Counted from the stretch's first letter, positions 17,588 through 25,939 are shown. The stretch: DNA of 32,000 nt from Nostoc sp. PCC 7120 = FACHB-418 (GCF_000009705.1 NC_003272.1:5880001-5912000); one strand, 5' to 3'. Notes: generated by a model not told the origin, from the letters alone. Numbers and translations: made by a program.

Positions 17588-18562
17588 ATGAACTACTGTT
17601 CCATAGTTAGCAGCAGTGTGGTAGAAGCAAAGGCCAAAGAGATAGGCTTCCACAAGGTCGGCATTGCTGCTGTAAATGAAAGTAAAAATACAGAAACCGA
17701 GAGACTGCAAGCATGGATAAAGCTGGGTTATCACGCTGATATGGAGTGGATGAATAACCCAAAGCGCAGTGATATAAGCTTGATCATGCCAGAAGCGCGA
17801 TCGCTTGTGTGCGTCGCTCTTAATTACTACACCCCAAACCAACGTCCCCAGGGTGCAGAATACGCCAAAATCTCTCGCTATGGCTGGGGAAGGGACTATC
17901 ACAAGGTGATGCACAAAAAGCTCAAAGCGCTAACAACTTGGTTGCAATCATTAGACCCAGGTATTCAAGCTCGTTACTATGCAGATACCGGGCCAGTGCA
18001 AGATAAAGTATGGGCGCAACGAGCCGGGATTGGCTGGATAGCGAAAAATGGGAATGTAATTACTAGAGAGTATGGTTCTTGGGTATTCTTGGGTGAAGTA
18101 GTGACGAATCTAGAACTAGAAAAGGATAGTCCCCATACAGAACATTGTGGTAGCTGTACTCGTTGTTTAGATGCTTGTCCTACAGGGGCGATTACTCAGC
18201 CGTTTGTGGTGGATGCTAATCGCTGCATTGCTTATCATACCATCGAGAATCGAGCAGCAGAATTACCGGAAGCGATCGCATCCCAAATGCAAGGCTGGGT
18301 AGCTGGTTGTGATATTTGCCAAGATGTTTGTCCTTGGAATCAACGTTTTGCACAAACAACAGATATGGTAGATTTTCAACCATACCCAGACAATATTGCT
18401 CCTAAGCTGATAGAATTAGCGCAAATCTCAGACGAGGAGTGGGATAAACGATTTCCGGCATCAGCGTTAAGGAGAATTAAGCCAGAAATGTTAAGACGGA
18501 ATGCCCGTGCTAATCTAGACGCATCTAAGCGAAATAATGACACAGAAAGTAATCATTTTTGA
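17588..18562 (+). CDS. queG: Epoxyqueuosine reductase (tRNA queuosine biosynthesis)
   Basis: Two ferredoxin-type clusters, CGSCTRCLDACPTGA and CDICQDVCPWN, plus the conserved blocks YHADMEWM and RAGIGWIAKN. N-terminus taken from the ATG at 17588 (MNYCSIV...AKAKEIGFHKVGIA). Confidence 0.9.
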   Translation: MNYCSIVSSSVVEAKAKEIGFHKVGIAAVNESKNTETERLQAWIKLGYHADMEWMNNPKRSDISLIMPEARSLVCVALNYYTPNQRPQGAEYAKISRYGWGRDYHKVMHKKLKALTTWLQSLDPGIQARYYADTGPVQDKVWAQRAGIGWIAKNGNVITREYGSWVFLGEVVTNLELEKDSPHTEHCGSCTRCLDACPTGAITQPFVVDANRCIAYHTIENRAAELPEAIASQMQGWVAGCDICQDVCPWNQRFAQTTDMVDFQPYPDNIAPKLIELAQISDEEWDKRFPASALRRIKPEMLRRNARANLDASKRNNDTESNHF

Positions 18563-19175
18563 TTTTGATGGCACGATTGCGGATACCGTGGATGCTCTTG
18601 TAAGTATTGCCAACCGCTTGGCGGTAGAGTTCGGTTATGTACAAATCACACCAGAGCAATTGACTCTCCTCAGGAATTTTTCATCTAGAGAAATTATCAA
18701 ATATTCAGGAGTTTCTCTGATAAAAATACCATTTTTAGTTAAAAAAGTTAAGTCAGAGTTAAAAAATAAAATTCATGAATTGAAACCTATTCCTGGTATT
18801 AAAGAAGCCTTGTTAGAACTGAAAGAACATGATTATAAACTAGGAATTATTACGTCCAATTCCAGAGAAAATGTGACAAATTTCTTGAGCATTAATGAAC
18901 TAGATAGTTTGTTTGATTTTATTTACTCAGGAGTCACAATTTTTGGTAAAACAACTATAATTAATAATGTTCTCCGACAAAAACAATTCAAACCCCAATC
19001 CGTAATTTATGTTGGTGATGAAACTAGAGATATAGAAGCTTCAAAAAAAGCCAACATCAAAGTAATCGCCGTGACTTGGGGTTTCAATTCTCCCGAAATA
19101 TTAGCTAAACAAAATCCAGATTTTTTAATTCACCAACCAAGGGAATTATTGGAGGTGATTAAAAATAGTCAATAG
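18537..19175 (+). CDS. HAD-superfamily hydrolase (phosphoglycolate-phosphatase-like)
   Basis: Motif I IIFDFDGTIADT, motif II ITSN, motif IV YVGDETRD. It overlaps the end of queG by 26 nt. Confidence 0.88.
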   Translation: MTQKVIIFDFDGTIADTVDALVSIANRLAVEFGYVQITPEQLTLLRNFSSREIIKYSGVSLIKIPFLVKKVKSELKNKIHELKPIPGIKEALLELKEHDYKLGIITSNSRENVTNFLSINELDSLFDFIYSGVTIFGKTTIINNVLRQKQFKPQSVIYVGDETRDIEASKKANIKVIAVTWGFNSPEILAKQNPDFLIHQPRELLEVIKNSQ

Positions 19176-19205
19176 GGGCTTATAGATAAAAAAGCATCCA
19201 ATTGG

Positions 19206-19268
19206 TAGGGTGCGTCAGTGTGAATAATTTTTTGGGACTGTTAGGTTTTCTTACACTGACGCACCCTA
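19206..19268. repeat. Perfect 16-bp inverted repeat of a type common in Nostoc spacers
   Basis: TAGGGTGCGTCAGTGT (19206-19221) and ACACTGACGCACCCTA (19253-19268), with a 31-nt loop. Confidence 0.6.
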
Positions 19269-19285
19269 ATGACTGACTACTGACA

Positions 19286-19322
19286 AAACTCCACCCATAA
19301 GGGGATGGAGTTTTTATTTTTT
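19286..19322. terminator. Intrinsic terminator between the convergent HAD gene and the 19337..20287 gene
   Basis: AAAACTCCACCC ataa GGGGATGGAGTTTT forms a stem with one bulge, followed by TTTTTATTTTTT on the plus strand. On the minus strand the same hairpin is followed by TTTTG. Confidence 0.6.
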
Positions 19323-19336
19323 GGTGTTTCCTAACA

Positions 19337-20287
19337 TTAGGAATTGAGGAACCTATTTAATAGTTCTTCCCTCGATAGTTGCAGTAATATAGGAGTGAAT
19401 TGTTCAGGAGTTAATTTCAATAGAGGTTCAATAACTGCGCTTAATTCTGCATCTAAAGAGCCAAATCGAACTTGCAATACATTCTCTATAACTTGACGAC
19501 GTTCGGCTTGGATTCCTTCTTGAAGACCTTCCTGAAGACCTTCCTGAAGTCCTTCTTGAAGGCCTTCCTGAAGACCTTGTTGTTTAGCTTCTGCTAATTT
19601 CTGCTCATAAATAGGTGATAAGCGCATAATTAAATCTCTATCCTCTTCGTCTAGATTTTGACTTACTTCTAAGGTGGTCTTTAAACTCAATAATAAATCA
19701 ATTGCTTTGGAACGTATGGGGTTTGTGTAGGGAAGCGCTTCTAATTCCTCTATTGCTTGTTTTTGAACTTTTCCTTTTCCTAAAATTCTCAACCACAATG
19801 TATCTTCTGTACAAGGTAATTGATGAATAGCCACAATAGCCGTTCGTAAATATTCACCTAAAAAATGTATACCCTTACCCCATTTTTCCTCATCTATGCT
19901 AGTTCTAAAGCCGTCTAGTATAGATTCAGAGGCTGTGGGTGACAAAATCCATAAGCGCGGTAATTCTGATTCGGCAGTGCGGTTTTTTTCACCTTTAGCC
20001 TGACGCTTAATTTCAGCAAAGATGTCAAATAATTTGTTCATACAACTACGAATTTCTGCAATTGTAGCTGCATTTCTGAATGGTTCAATTAGTGCAGGCT
20101 CAGAGGCGATTTTTCCTAACAGCCCTATTTGTATTGTACTATTGCTTGATGGGGGTGAAGGTGCAAAGTAAACATCAATCTCTCGTATTTCTGTAGGTAC
20201 TTTGCGACTTGTTTCTACATCTCCCAATGGCTGTAATAATTCTTTAAGATAATCTTTGGCGAATTGGTCGTAGGGAAACCTAGTCAT
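19337..20287 (-). CDS. Cyanobacterial multi-copy family protein with a DUF4351-type C-terminus (possible PD-(D/E)XK nuclease relative)
   Basis: The N-terminus MTRFPYDQFAKDYLKELL...EIREIDVYF and the C-terminus RRQVIENVLQVRFGSLDAELSAVIEPLLKLTPEQ match a family I remember as abundant in Nostocales. The C-terminal pattern parallels the DUF4351 tail of the gene at 26074. The nuclease assignment is weak. Confidence 0.7.
   Translation of the reverse strand: MTRFPYDQFAKDYLKELLQPLGDVETSRKVPTEIREIDVYFAPSPPSSNSTIQIGLLGKIASEPALIEPFRNAATIAEIRSCMNKLFDIFAEIKRQAKGEKNRTAESELPRLWILSPTASESILDGFRTSIDEEKWGKGIHFLGEYLRTAIVAIHQLPCTEDTLWLRILGKGKVQKQAIEELEALPYTNPIRSKAIDLLLSLKTTLEVSQNLDEEDRDLIMRLSPIYEQKLAEAKQQGLQEGLQEGLQEGLQEGLQEGIQAERRQVIENVLQVRFGSLDAELSAVIEPLLKLTPEQFTPILLQLSREELLNRFLNS
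19514..19573 (-). repeat. Five tandem 12-bp units encoding LQEG x5 inside the 19337..20287 gene
   Basis: tccttcttgaag / accttcctgaag / accttcctgaag / tccttcttgaag / gccttcctgaag, read directly. All are in frame, with partial units on both sides. Confidence 0.9.
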
Positions 20288-20374
20288 GGACTGATTGTAG
20301 GATGATAGTGATATTTTATATGAGTGTGAGCCTGTACCAGCGATCGCATCTCATAGCTCTTCAGCCCAGCCTAA

Positions 20375-21130
20375 TCATGAGTTTCTGACCGCTTTTTCAA
20401 ATATCATTAAGTGTTGCTGTGGTAATAAATTCTGAGTTTCTCGCCACGTTAATCCAACAGCAGCCATTTCTTGACGGACTTGCTTTTGCGTCATCTTATG
20501 CAGACGCTTAATCATGATAAATGGATTTTCGCCTCGATACTCCACCAGTACAACTTTACCGCCTGGTTTCAGGGCTTGGACTATTCCTTGCATCACTTCC
20601 TGGGGATATTCAAACTCATGGTAAGCATCCACCATCAGTGCTAAGTCTACACTTGTGGGTGGAAGATTTGGATTATTGGCAGTTGCCAAAATAGGCTCAA
20701 TATTGAAGATATGTTTCTCTTGTTTGAAAAACTCCAGAATCTCCAACATTTCTGGCTGAATATCCACAGCGAAAACCTTACCGACTGTAAGTAAAGGTGC
20801 AATTTGCAAACTAATGTAACCTGTACCAGCACCAATATCTGCGACAACATCATCAGGTTTTAAATTTAAGGCATTAATTAATTTACTAGGCTGTTCTTCC
20901 GCTTCACGGCTTGGTCTTTCCAGCCAACCTGCGCCTGTGTGTCCCATGAATTTGGCAATTTCTCGCCCCATGTAGTATTTGCCAATACCGTCTGGGCTGT
21001 GGATAGTCCGTTGTTCGTAAATATTGGAAGTTGTGGGACTCGCTATTGCTACGCCTGTACCATCCAGTAGCCAACATCCTCCAATCAACCAAATAATTAC
21101 AATTAAATGCCAAATTCTATAAATCATCAT
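20375..21130 (-). CDS. Class I SAM-dependent methyltransferase with an N-terminal signal peptide or membrane anchor
   Basis: Hydrophobic N-terminus IWHLIVIIWLIGGCWLL...AIASP. SAM motif I VADIGAGTGY. Post-I acidic residue in FAVDIQ. Confidence 0.85.
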   Translation of the reverse strand: MMIYRIWHLIVIIWLIGGCWLLDGTGVAIASPTTSNIYEQRTIHSPDGIGKYYMGREIAKFMGHTGAGWLERPSREAEEQPSKLINALNLKPDDVVADIGAGTGYISLQIAPLLTVGKVFAVDIQPEMLEILEFFKQEKHIFNIEPILATANNPNLPPTSVDLALMVDAYHEFEYPQEVMQGIVQALKPGGKVVLVEYRGENPFIMIKRLHKMTQKQVRQEMAAVGLTWRETQNLLPQQHLMIFEKAVRNS

Positions 21131-21138
21131 AGTTCTGG

Positions 21139-22707
21139 TTAAATCACAAAAGACTCCAACTCACGCTGATTCCACAGTCCATCAACCCGTTCTGCTACCA
21201 AAGGTCTGACAATAAATTTAGGCGGATTACCATCTTGAACATCAATTCGTACACCAGAGTAGGAAAGACACTTTTGGAGGTTTTGTTCACTGCGTCCCAC
21301 ATACAACCGCGAGTCTGCAACTTTCCGCAAAGAATGACCAGGAACATCGCTAAAAATCTCCATCAACTCTGTCCCTTCTGGTCGCTGACGACGGGGACGG
21401 CGACCACTACCACCAGAGATAATACAATTGAGGTGTGAGTCTGCATAACCTGTATCAGTTGTGCGGAGATATTCTAAACAGTGGGCGTGACCGTTAAATA
21501 TTAAATCAACTATGGGGCGTTCTTTCACCAAAGCGCCGAGATTTTCCGCCACTTGGTCGAATACCCAACGCAGACGATGACGCACCGCCAAAGTTTGGGC
21601 TTGATTCCACTTGGTTGCTTCTGTAACGTATGGTGGATGGTGGAAAAATAAGATTCTTCCCCGGACTTCCTTGGTATTCCAAGATTCGATTAAGCGATTT
21701 CGTAACCAGTCGAGTTGTTCAAAATCGATATTTACTGTGTCGTGAGATGCGAGTTGCTTCTCGATGTCGAGTTTGATTTCATTGATTTGGTCTAACTTGG
21801 CGCTGAGGTCGTCGAGTTGTTCTGCATCATCTGGTTGATCTGGATTGAGACGATCGCATTCTGCTAATATTTGTACTTCTTCTTGATCTATTTCTTGGCG
21901 ACGCTTTTGCAATTCCCGGCGGTAAATGTCTCCAGCTTGGGTTGTTGGTAAAGGTGAGGGTGTATTCCAAGTATTAGAATCAAGGGCAAAAAAATCTATC
22001 CCACCATAACGAAAACTGTAATAGCGGTTAGGTACACGGGTGAAACTTCCGGGTACATAACGTAGACAGCGATTAGTATCATTTTTAGCGGTGTAGTGTA
22101 AATCTAAATGACGATGTAAGTCTTCTGGTGTAATGGTTGCTAGATAATCAATAAAGGCTCGTGAGTAAGCATCCCCTTGGTTAGAACCATGCCAACCAAT
22201 CTCAAAATCCTTATACCGTAGCATTCGCCGCAACCGTAAAGTACTACCAGTCAACAAGCGATACATCAAAGGCACATCATAATAATCATGATTGCCCAAG
22301 ACTGGTAAAAACGGTAAATTAAAAGTCATGCGATCGTAAGCAATATTTTGGGGATGCTCACCACCCACTAAAAACTCCCGGTAAGGTTCGATAAAATTTG
22401 CTGGGTAATACTCATGGGAACCCACCACATAAATTACATCCCCCGTGTGCAGCACAAAACGGCATTCATCCTTGTGAGGAAGCATTAGTTCTGCAACTTG
22501 TCTTTGGGGATGATGGCCGTAATGAGACTTTGTACCACTATCCCCAATCACCATAAACGAAAATTCCGGGTTATCATCCCGACCATCGTCTATTACCATA
22601 CTCGTTTGGTCGATTCCCCGTTGCACAATACTAGGATGCTTCCACCGCACCCTATCCTTCATCTTTTGAATTTTTACAGGAATCGACGGTTCGGAAATCA
22701 GTTTCAT
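21139..22707 (-). CDS. Calcineurin-like metallophosphoesterase with the purple-acid-phosphatase motif set and a charged helical insertion
   Basis: Motifs GDSG, GDVIY, GNHDYY, FFHHPPY and GHAHCLE match GDXG/GDXXY/GNH(D/E)/VXXH/GHXH. An insertion of about 80 aa (RRELQKRRQEIDQEEVQIL...KLDIEKQLASH) lies between motifs III and IV. No signal peptide. Its stop is 8 nt before the methyltransferase start. Confidence 0.88.
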   Translation of the reverse strand: MKLISEPSIPVKIQKMKDRVRWKHPSIVQRGIDQTSMVIDDGRDDNPEFSFMVIGDSGTKSHYGHHPQRQVAELMLPHKDECRFVLHTGDVIYVVGSHEYYPANFIEPYREFLVGGEHPQNIAYDRMTFNLPFLPVLGNHDYYDVPLMYRLLTGSTLRLRRMLRYKDFEIGWHGSNQGDAYSRAFIDYLATITPEDLHRHLDLHYTAKNDTNRCLRYVPGSFTRVPNRYYSFRYGGIDFFALDSNTWNTPSPLPTTQAGDIYRRELQKRRQEIDQEEVQILAECDRLNPDQPDDAEQLDDLSAKLDQINEIKLDIEKQLASHDTVNIDFEQLDWLRNRLIESWNTKEVRGRILFFHHPPYVTEATKWNQAQTLAVRHRLRWVFDQVAENLGALVKERPIVDLIFNGHAHCLEYLRTTDTGYADSHLNCIISGGSGRRPRRQRPEGTELMEIFSDVPGHSLRKVADSRLYVGRSEQNLQKCLSYSGVRIDVQDGNPPKFIVRPLVAERVDGLWNQRELESFVI

Positions 22708-22940
22708 TGGTGGTTATCTCTGAAGTGTTGAGGGGGGAGGTGCGTTGCGCTGTGGCTAACACACCACTACCAAACCCTGAATATAAGATAATTTCCTTGC
22801 TCATGTTCCCTAAACGACTAGAGACACAAAATATCACACCCCTACAAATACCTATAATTGGTAACTAGAATATACTTGACTATATATCACCACACCCCCG
22901 TTATCTTAGGTTAACAAGGGTAGTTAACTTTCACAAACCC

Positions 22941-24299
22941 ATGATAATTTGGCAGCCTGATCAAAAAATCAACAACGGTAGATTTATCATTCAGGGTAAA
23001 CCCTTGGGTGAGGGTGGTTTTGGGATCACCTACAAAGCCTTAGAACCCAGCACAGGCAAACTATACGCCATCAAAACCCTCAATCAGCAAATGCAACTTC
23101 TTAGGAGTGACTTTGCTGAACAACAGATTAAATTTATTAACGAAGCCTTGACTATTAAAGGTTTTGACCATCCCCATATTCTCAAAGTTCATGAAGTCAT
23201 CCAAGAAGGTGAACTGTTTGGTGTGGTGATGGAATATATAGATGGAGTAACTTTATTTGAATATGTCCAAGACAAAGGACAATTATCAGAAACAGAAGCA
23301 TTGTTATATGTAAACCAAATTGGTCAAGCCTTAGAATTGATTCATCAAAAACAACATTTACACCGAGATATTAAACCTGAAAATATCTTACTACGGCACA
23401 CTACCAGGAAAGCCATATTAATTGATTTTGGTTTAGCTCGTGAATTTACTATTGATCAAACAGGAAGCATGACTAATGCTAAGACAGAAGGTTATGCGCC
23501 GCCTGAACAGTATGAAAGACGAGGGAGGTTTGATGCTTACGTAGATGTTTATGCTTTAGCAGCCACCCTGTATAATTTGTTAACAGGAAAAGTTCCTTTA
23601 CCAGTTAATTTTCGCAAGGCTGGTATACCTTTACCACCGCCAAAGCAATTTAATTCCCAGATTAGTCAGAGAGTGAATGATGCGATTCTCAAAGGGATGG
23701 AGTTAGAACCACAAGAACGTACTCCCACAGTCTTAGAATTTCGGAAAAATTTAGGTTTGGTGAGTAGTGGGGGGGCAGAAGTACAATTAAAGTCATCTGT
23801 GGGGATGGACTACCGCCAACTGCGTGACTTACTCGCTGTTGGGAAGTGGAAAGAAGCAGATGCGGAAACAGCACGCGTAATGTTAGCAGCGATGAAACGG
23901 GAAAAAGAAGGTTGGTTACGAGAAGAAGACACATGGTTTTTTCCCTGCGAAGACCTCCGAACCATTGACCAGTTGTGGGTAAAATACAGCAATGGGCGGT
24001 TTGGTTTTTCCGTTCAAAAGCGCATCTACCAAAGTTTAGGGGGAAAGAGAAGCTACGACGAGGAAATTTGGCGAGCCTTTGGCGACAAGGTAGGATGGCG
24101 GAAAGGAGGAGAGTGGTTGTACTACAAAGATATTACTTTTGATATAACAGCACCAGAAGCACACCTCCCTTGTTACACTCTTACTATCCCTTACACTTCA
24201 CGAGGTGAAGTTGGTTACACTGATTATAGTCCGGGTTTTGGTTTGTGGTGGTGGTGGGGGGGTGGTCTCTTCTCTCGCGTCGAGACTTGTAAAATGTAA
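22941..24299 (+). CDS. Hanks-type Ser/Thr protein kinase fused to a C-terminal GUN4 (porphyrin-binding) domain
   Basis: Kinase: GEGGFGITY, AIK, HRDIKPENILL, DFGLA, GYAPPE. GUN4: LLAVGKWKEADAETARVML...FPCEDLRTIDQLWVKYSNGRFGFSVQKRIY...FSRVETC. Confidence 0.92.
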   Translation: MIIWQPDQKINNGRFIIQGKPLGEGGFGITYKALEPSTGKLYAIKTLNQQMQLLRSDFAEQQIKFINEALTIKGFDHPHILKVHEVIQEGELFGVVMEYIDGVTLFEYVQDKGQLSETEALLYVNQIGQALELIHQKQHLHRDIKPENILLRHTTRKAILIDFGLAREFTIDQTGSMTNAKTEGYAPPEQYERRGRFDAYVDVYALAATLYNLLTGKVPLPVNFRKAGIPLPPPKQFNSQISQRVNDAILKGMELEPQERTPTVLEFRKNLGLVSSGGAEVQLKSSVGMDYRQLRDLLAVGKWKEADAETARVMLAAMKREKEGWLREEDTWFFPCEDLRTIDQLWVKYSNGRFGFSVQKRIYQSLGGKRSYDEEIWRAFGDKVGWRKGGEWLYYKDITFDITAPEAHLPCYTLTIPYTSRGEVGYTDYSPGFGLWWWWGGGLFSRVETCKM

Positions 24300-24397
24300 C
24301 ATATAAAGGTTACAGAGAATTATTAACTTTTATGAATAGGCGATTTCTTACGAAGCCTTGCGGGTTCTGGGTTTTCGATACCTGGCACTGCGTTTTT

Positions 24398-25189
24398 TCA
24401 TTCTGGCTCTTCTTTTTGTAGTACATTATCCTTAGCTATAGGGTTAGGGTTATAACAATTCGCTTTAACAAACTTAGACGCTACCCGTTCAATTTCCTCA
24501 TTATCCATTTCCCAGTCATCCCAAAGTAACTTCAACTGTCCCGGTGAACACTTTTTACCTTTACCTTTAGGTTTCATCCCTGCCAATAACCGATTTCCCC
24601 AACGATGTCGCTTTTCCGGTTTAGGTTGGGGACGGTATTTTTTACAAAACCCTCGATATTTCGCCGCACATTCATCCAAAGTCTTCCCCAGAGACAAAAA
24701 CGCCGGATGCCAAGTAGTGATACCATCATCACCTAAGCGATCATGGACACCATAATTACTAAAGTCATAAAAAAATCCTTGCTGTACCCCCGCCGCCTTC
24801 GGGTTAGCATGGATATAACGCAAAGTATTTAAAGCCCTTTTTTTATCTGTATTCTCAAACTCCGTACTGTGATAACGCTTTTCCCAAAAATGTCCTGTAC
24901 GGTTGAGCATTTGGTTAAAACACATGGCAGTATACCAATTTAACCAGTGCATAATTTTGGGTACATCTTGAGGTTCGCGCGGTTCGATGAGATAATGAAT
25001 ATGATTACTCATGATGCACATGATGCACAAACCGTACAATTTAAACTGGTATTTATCTATAGCCTTTTTGATGGCATAAAGTAAAACTTGACGACATTCC
25101 CACCTTGTTAAACGGAACTCACGGTTATTACACCGAATGGTGATGTGGTAAGAATATCCTGGTTGAAATTGTCTTATTTGTCGGGACAT
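24398..25189 (-). CDS. REP-associated tyrosine transposase (RAYT) / IS200-like Y1 HUH transposase. Single copy, with no flanking IS ends seen.
   Basis: HUH motif SNHIHYLIE and catalytic-Tyr helix LRYIHANP, with N-terminus GYSYHITIRCNNREF typical of Y1 transposases. There is an in-frame 9-bp duplication (catgatgca x2, 25010-25027) just before the HUH motif. Confidence 0.85.
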   Translation of the reverse strand: MSRQIRQFQPGYSYHITIRCNNREFRLTRWECRQVLLYAIKKAIDKYQFKLYGLCIMCIMSNHIHYLIEPREPQDVPKIMHWLNWYTAMCFNQMLNRTGHFWEKRYHSTEFENTDKKRALNTLRYIHANPKAAGVQQGFFYDFSNYGVHDRLGDDGITTWHPAFLSLGKTLDECAAKYRGFCKKYRPQPKPEKRHRWGNRLLAGMKPKGKGKKCSPGQLKLLWDDWEMDNEEIERVASKFVKANCYNPNPIAKDNVLQKEEPE

Positions 25190-25290
25190 ATAAAACTAAA
25201 TGTAGCGACTGTCTTAAAACAGGCTGATGAGTAACTCTGAGCAGAAGAAGTAACATGGTGAAATATGAGAGATTATGACAACAAAAAACC

Positions 25291-25536
25291 ATGATAGCTA
25301 AAGAAGAAATTACCATCAAAGTCCCATCTGAGGTAGCAGAGGCATACCGCAATGCCACGGAAGAAGAACGCTTACAAATTGAAACCCGGATTGCAGTGTT
25401 ACTCAAGTCTTCAATGACTTCCAGGCAAGAAGCCATTGCCAAGCTCAGGCAGACAATGGATGATATTGGCAAACGAGCCACCCAAAGGGGTTTAACGCCA
25501 GAGATTTTGGAGTCAATCTTGAATAAGGACGAATGA
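25291..25536 (+). CDS. Probable antitoxin of the adjacent PIN toxin
   Basis: 81-aa charged helical protein ending 10 nt before the PIN ORF. The assignment rests on position and size only; I do not recognise a family. Confidence 0.55.
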   Translation: MIAKEEITIKVPSEVAEAYRNATEEERLQIETRIAVLLKSSMTSRQEAIAKLRQTMDDIGKRATQRGLTPEILESILNKDE

Positions 25537-25546
25537 AAGACGGTTT

Positions 25547-25939
25547 GTGTTTGATGTGAATGTCATCATTAGCGCAGTGTTATTACCAGGGAGCAAACCA
25601 GAAAGCGCACTGAGAAAAGCTCAAGATTTGGGAGAATTATTGGTGTCCGAGTCCATTTGGCTGGAGCTAGAACAGGTACTCGCTCGACCCAAATTTAATC
25701 GGTACATCACGCTAGAAGAAAGAAACGAATTCCTGGTAGATTTATCCGAAACTGTACAGTTCATTAAAGTAACTGAACAGATTAATGAATGTCGAGATCC
25801 AAAAGATAACAAATATTTAGAATTAGCAGTCAGTGGAAAAGCAGAATGTATTGTGACCGGAGACGATGATCTGCTGGTGCTAAACCCCTGGAGAGACATT
25901 GAGATTCTGACTGTTCAAGAATTTTTAGAAAAGAATTAA
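25547..25939 (+). CDS. PIN-domain (PIN_3-type) toxin of a type II toxin-antitoxin pair
   Basis: FDVNVIISAVLL at the N-terminus, CRDPKDNKYLELA in the middle and IVTGDDDLL near the C-terminus supply the acidic PIN residues. The start is uncertain: the GTG at 25547 leaves only 2 residues before the first Asp (see finding). Confidence 0.78.
   Translation: MFDVNVIISAVLLPGSKPESALRKAQDLGELLVSESIWLELEQVLARPKFNRYITLEERNEFLVDLSETVQFIKVTEQINECRDPKDNKYLELAVSGKAECIVTGDDDLLVLNPWRDIEILTVQEFLEKN

Noticed and set aside
22652-22837. 61-aa minus-strand ORF upstream of and overlapping the phosphoesterase start, and the plus-strand ORF 22498..22731
   Set aside because: Both lie across the divergent promoter spacer and the first codons of a well-supported gene. 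They have no motifs, and their size is borderline.
24256-24262. G7 homopolymer in the kinase-GUN4 gene as a phase-variation switch
   Set aside because: It is only 12 codons from the stop codon, so slippage would alter just the extreme tail. That is unlikely to switch function.
25128-25481. 117-aa minus-strand ORF spanning the RAYT 5' end and the antitoxin gene
   Set aside because: It overlaps two better-supported genes on both strands and has a hydrophobic, low-information sequence. It would need to start inside the antitoxin gene.
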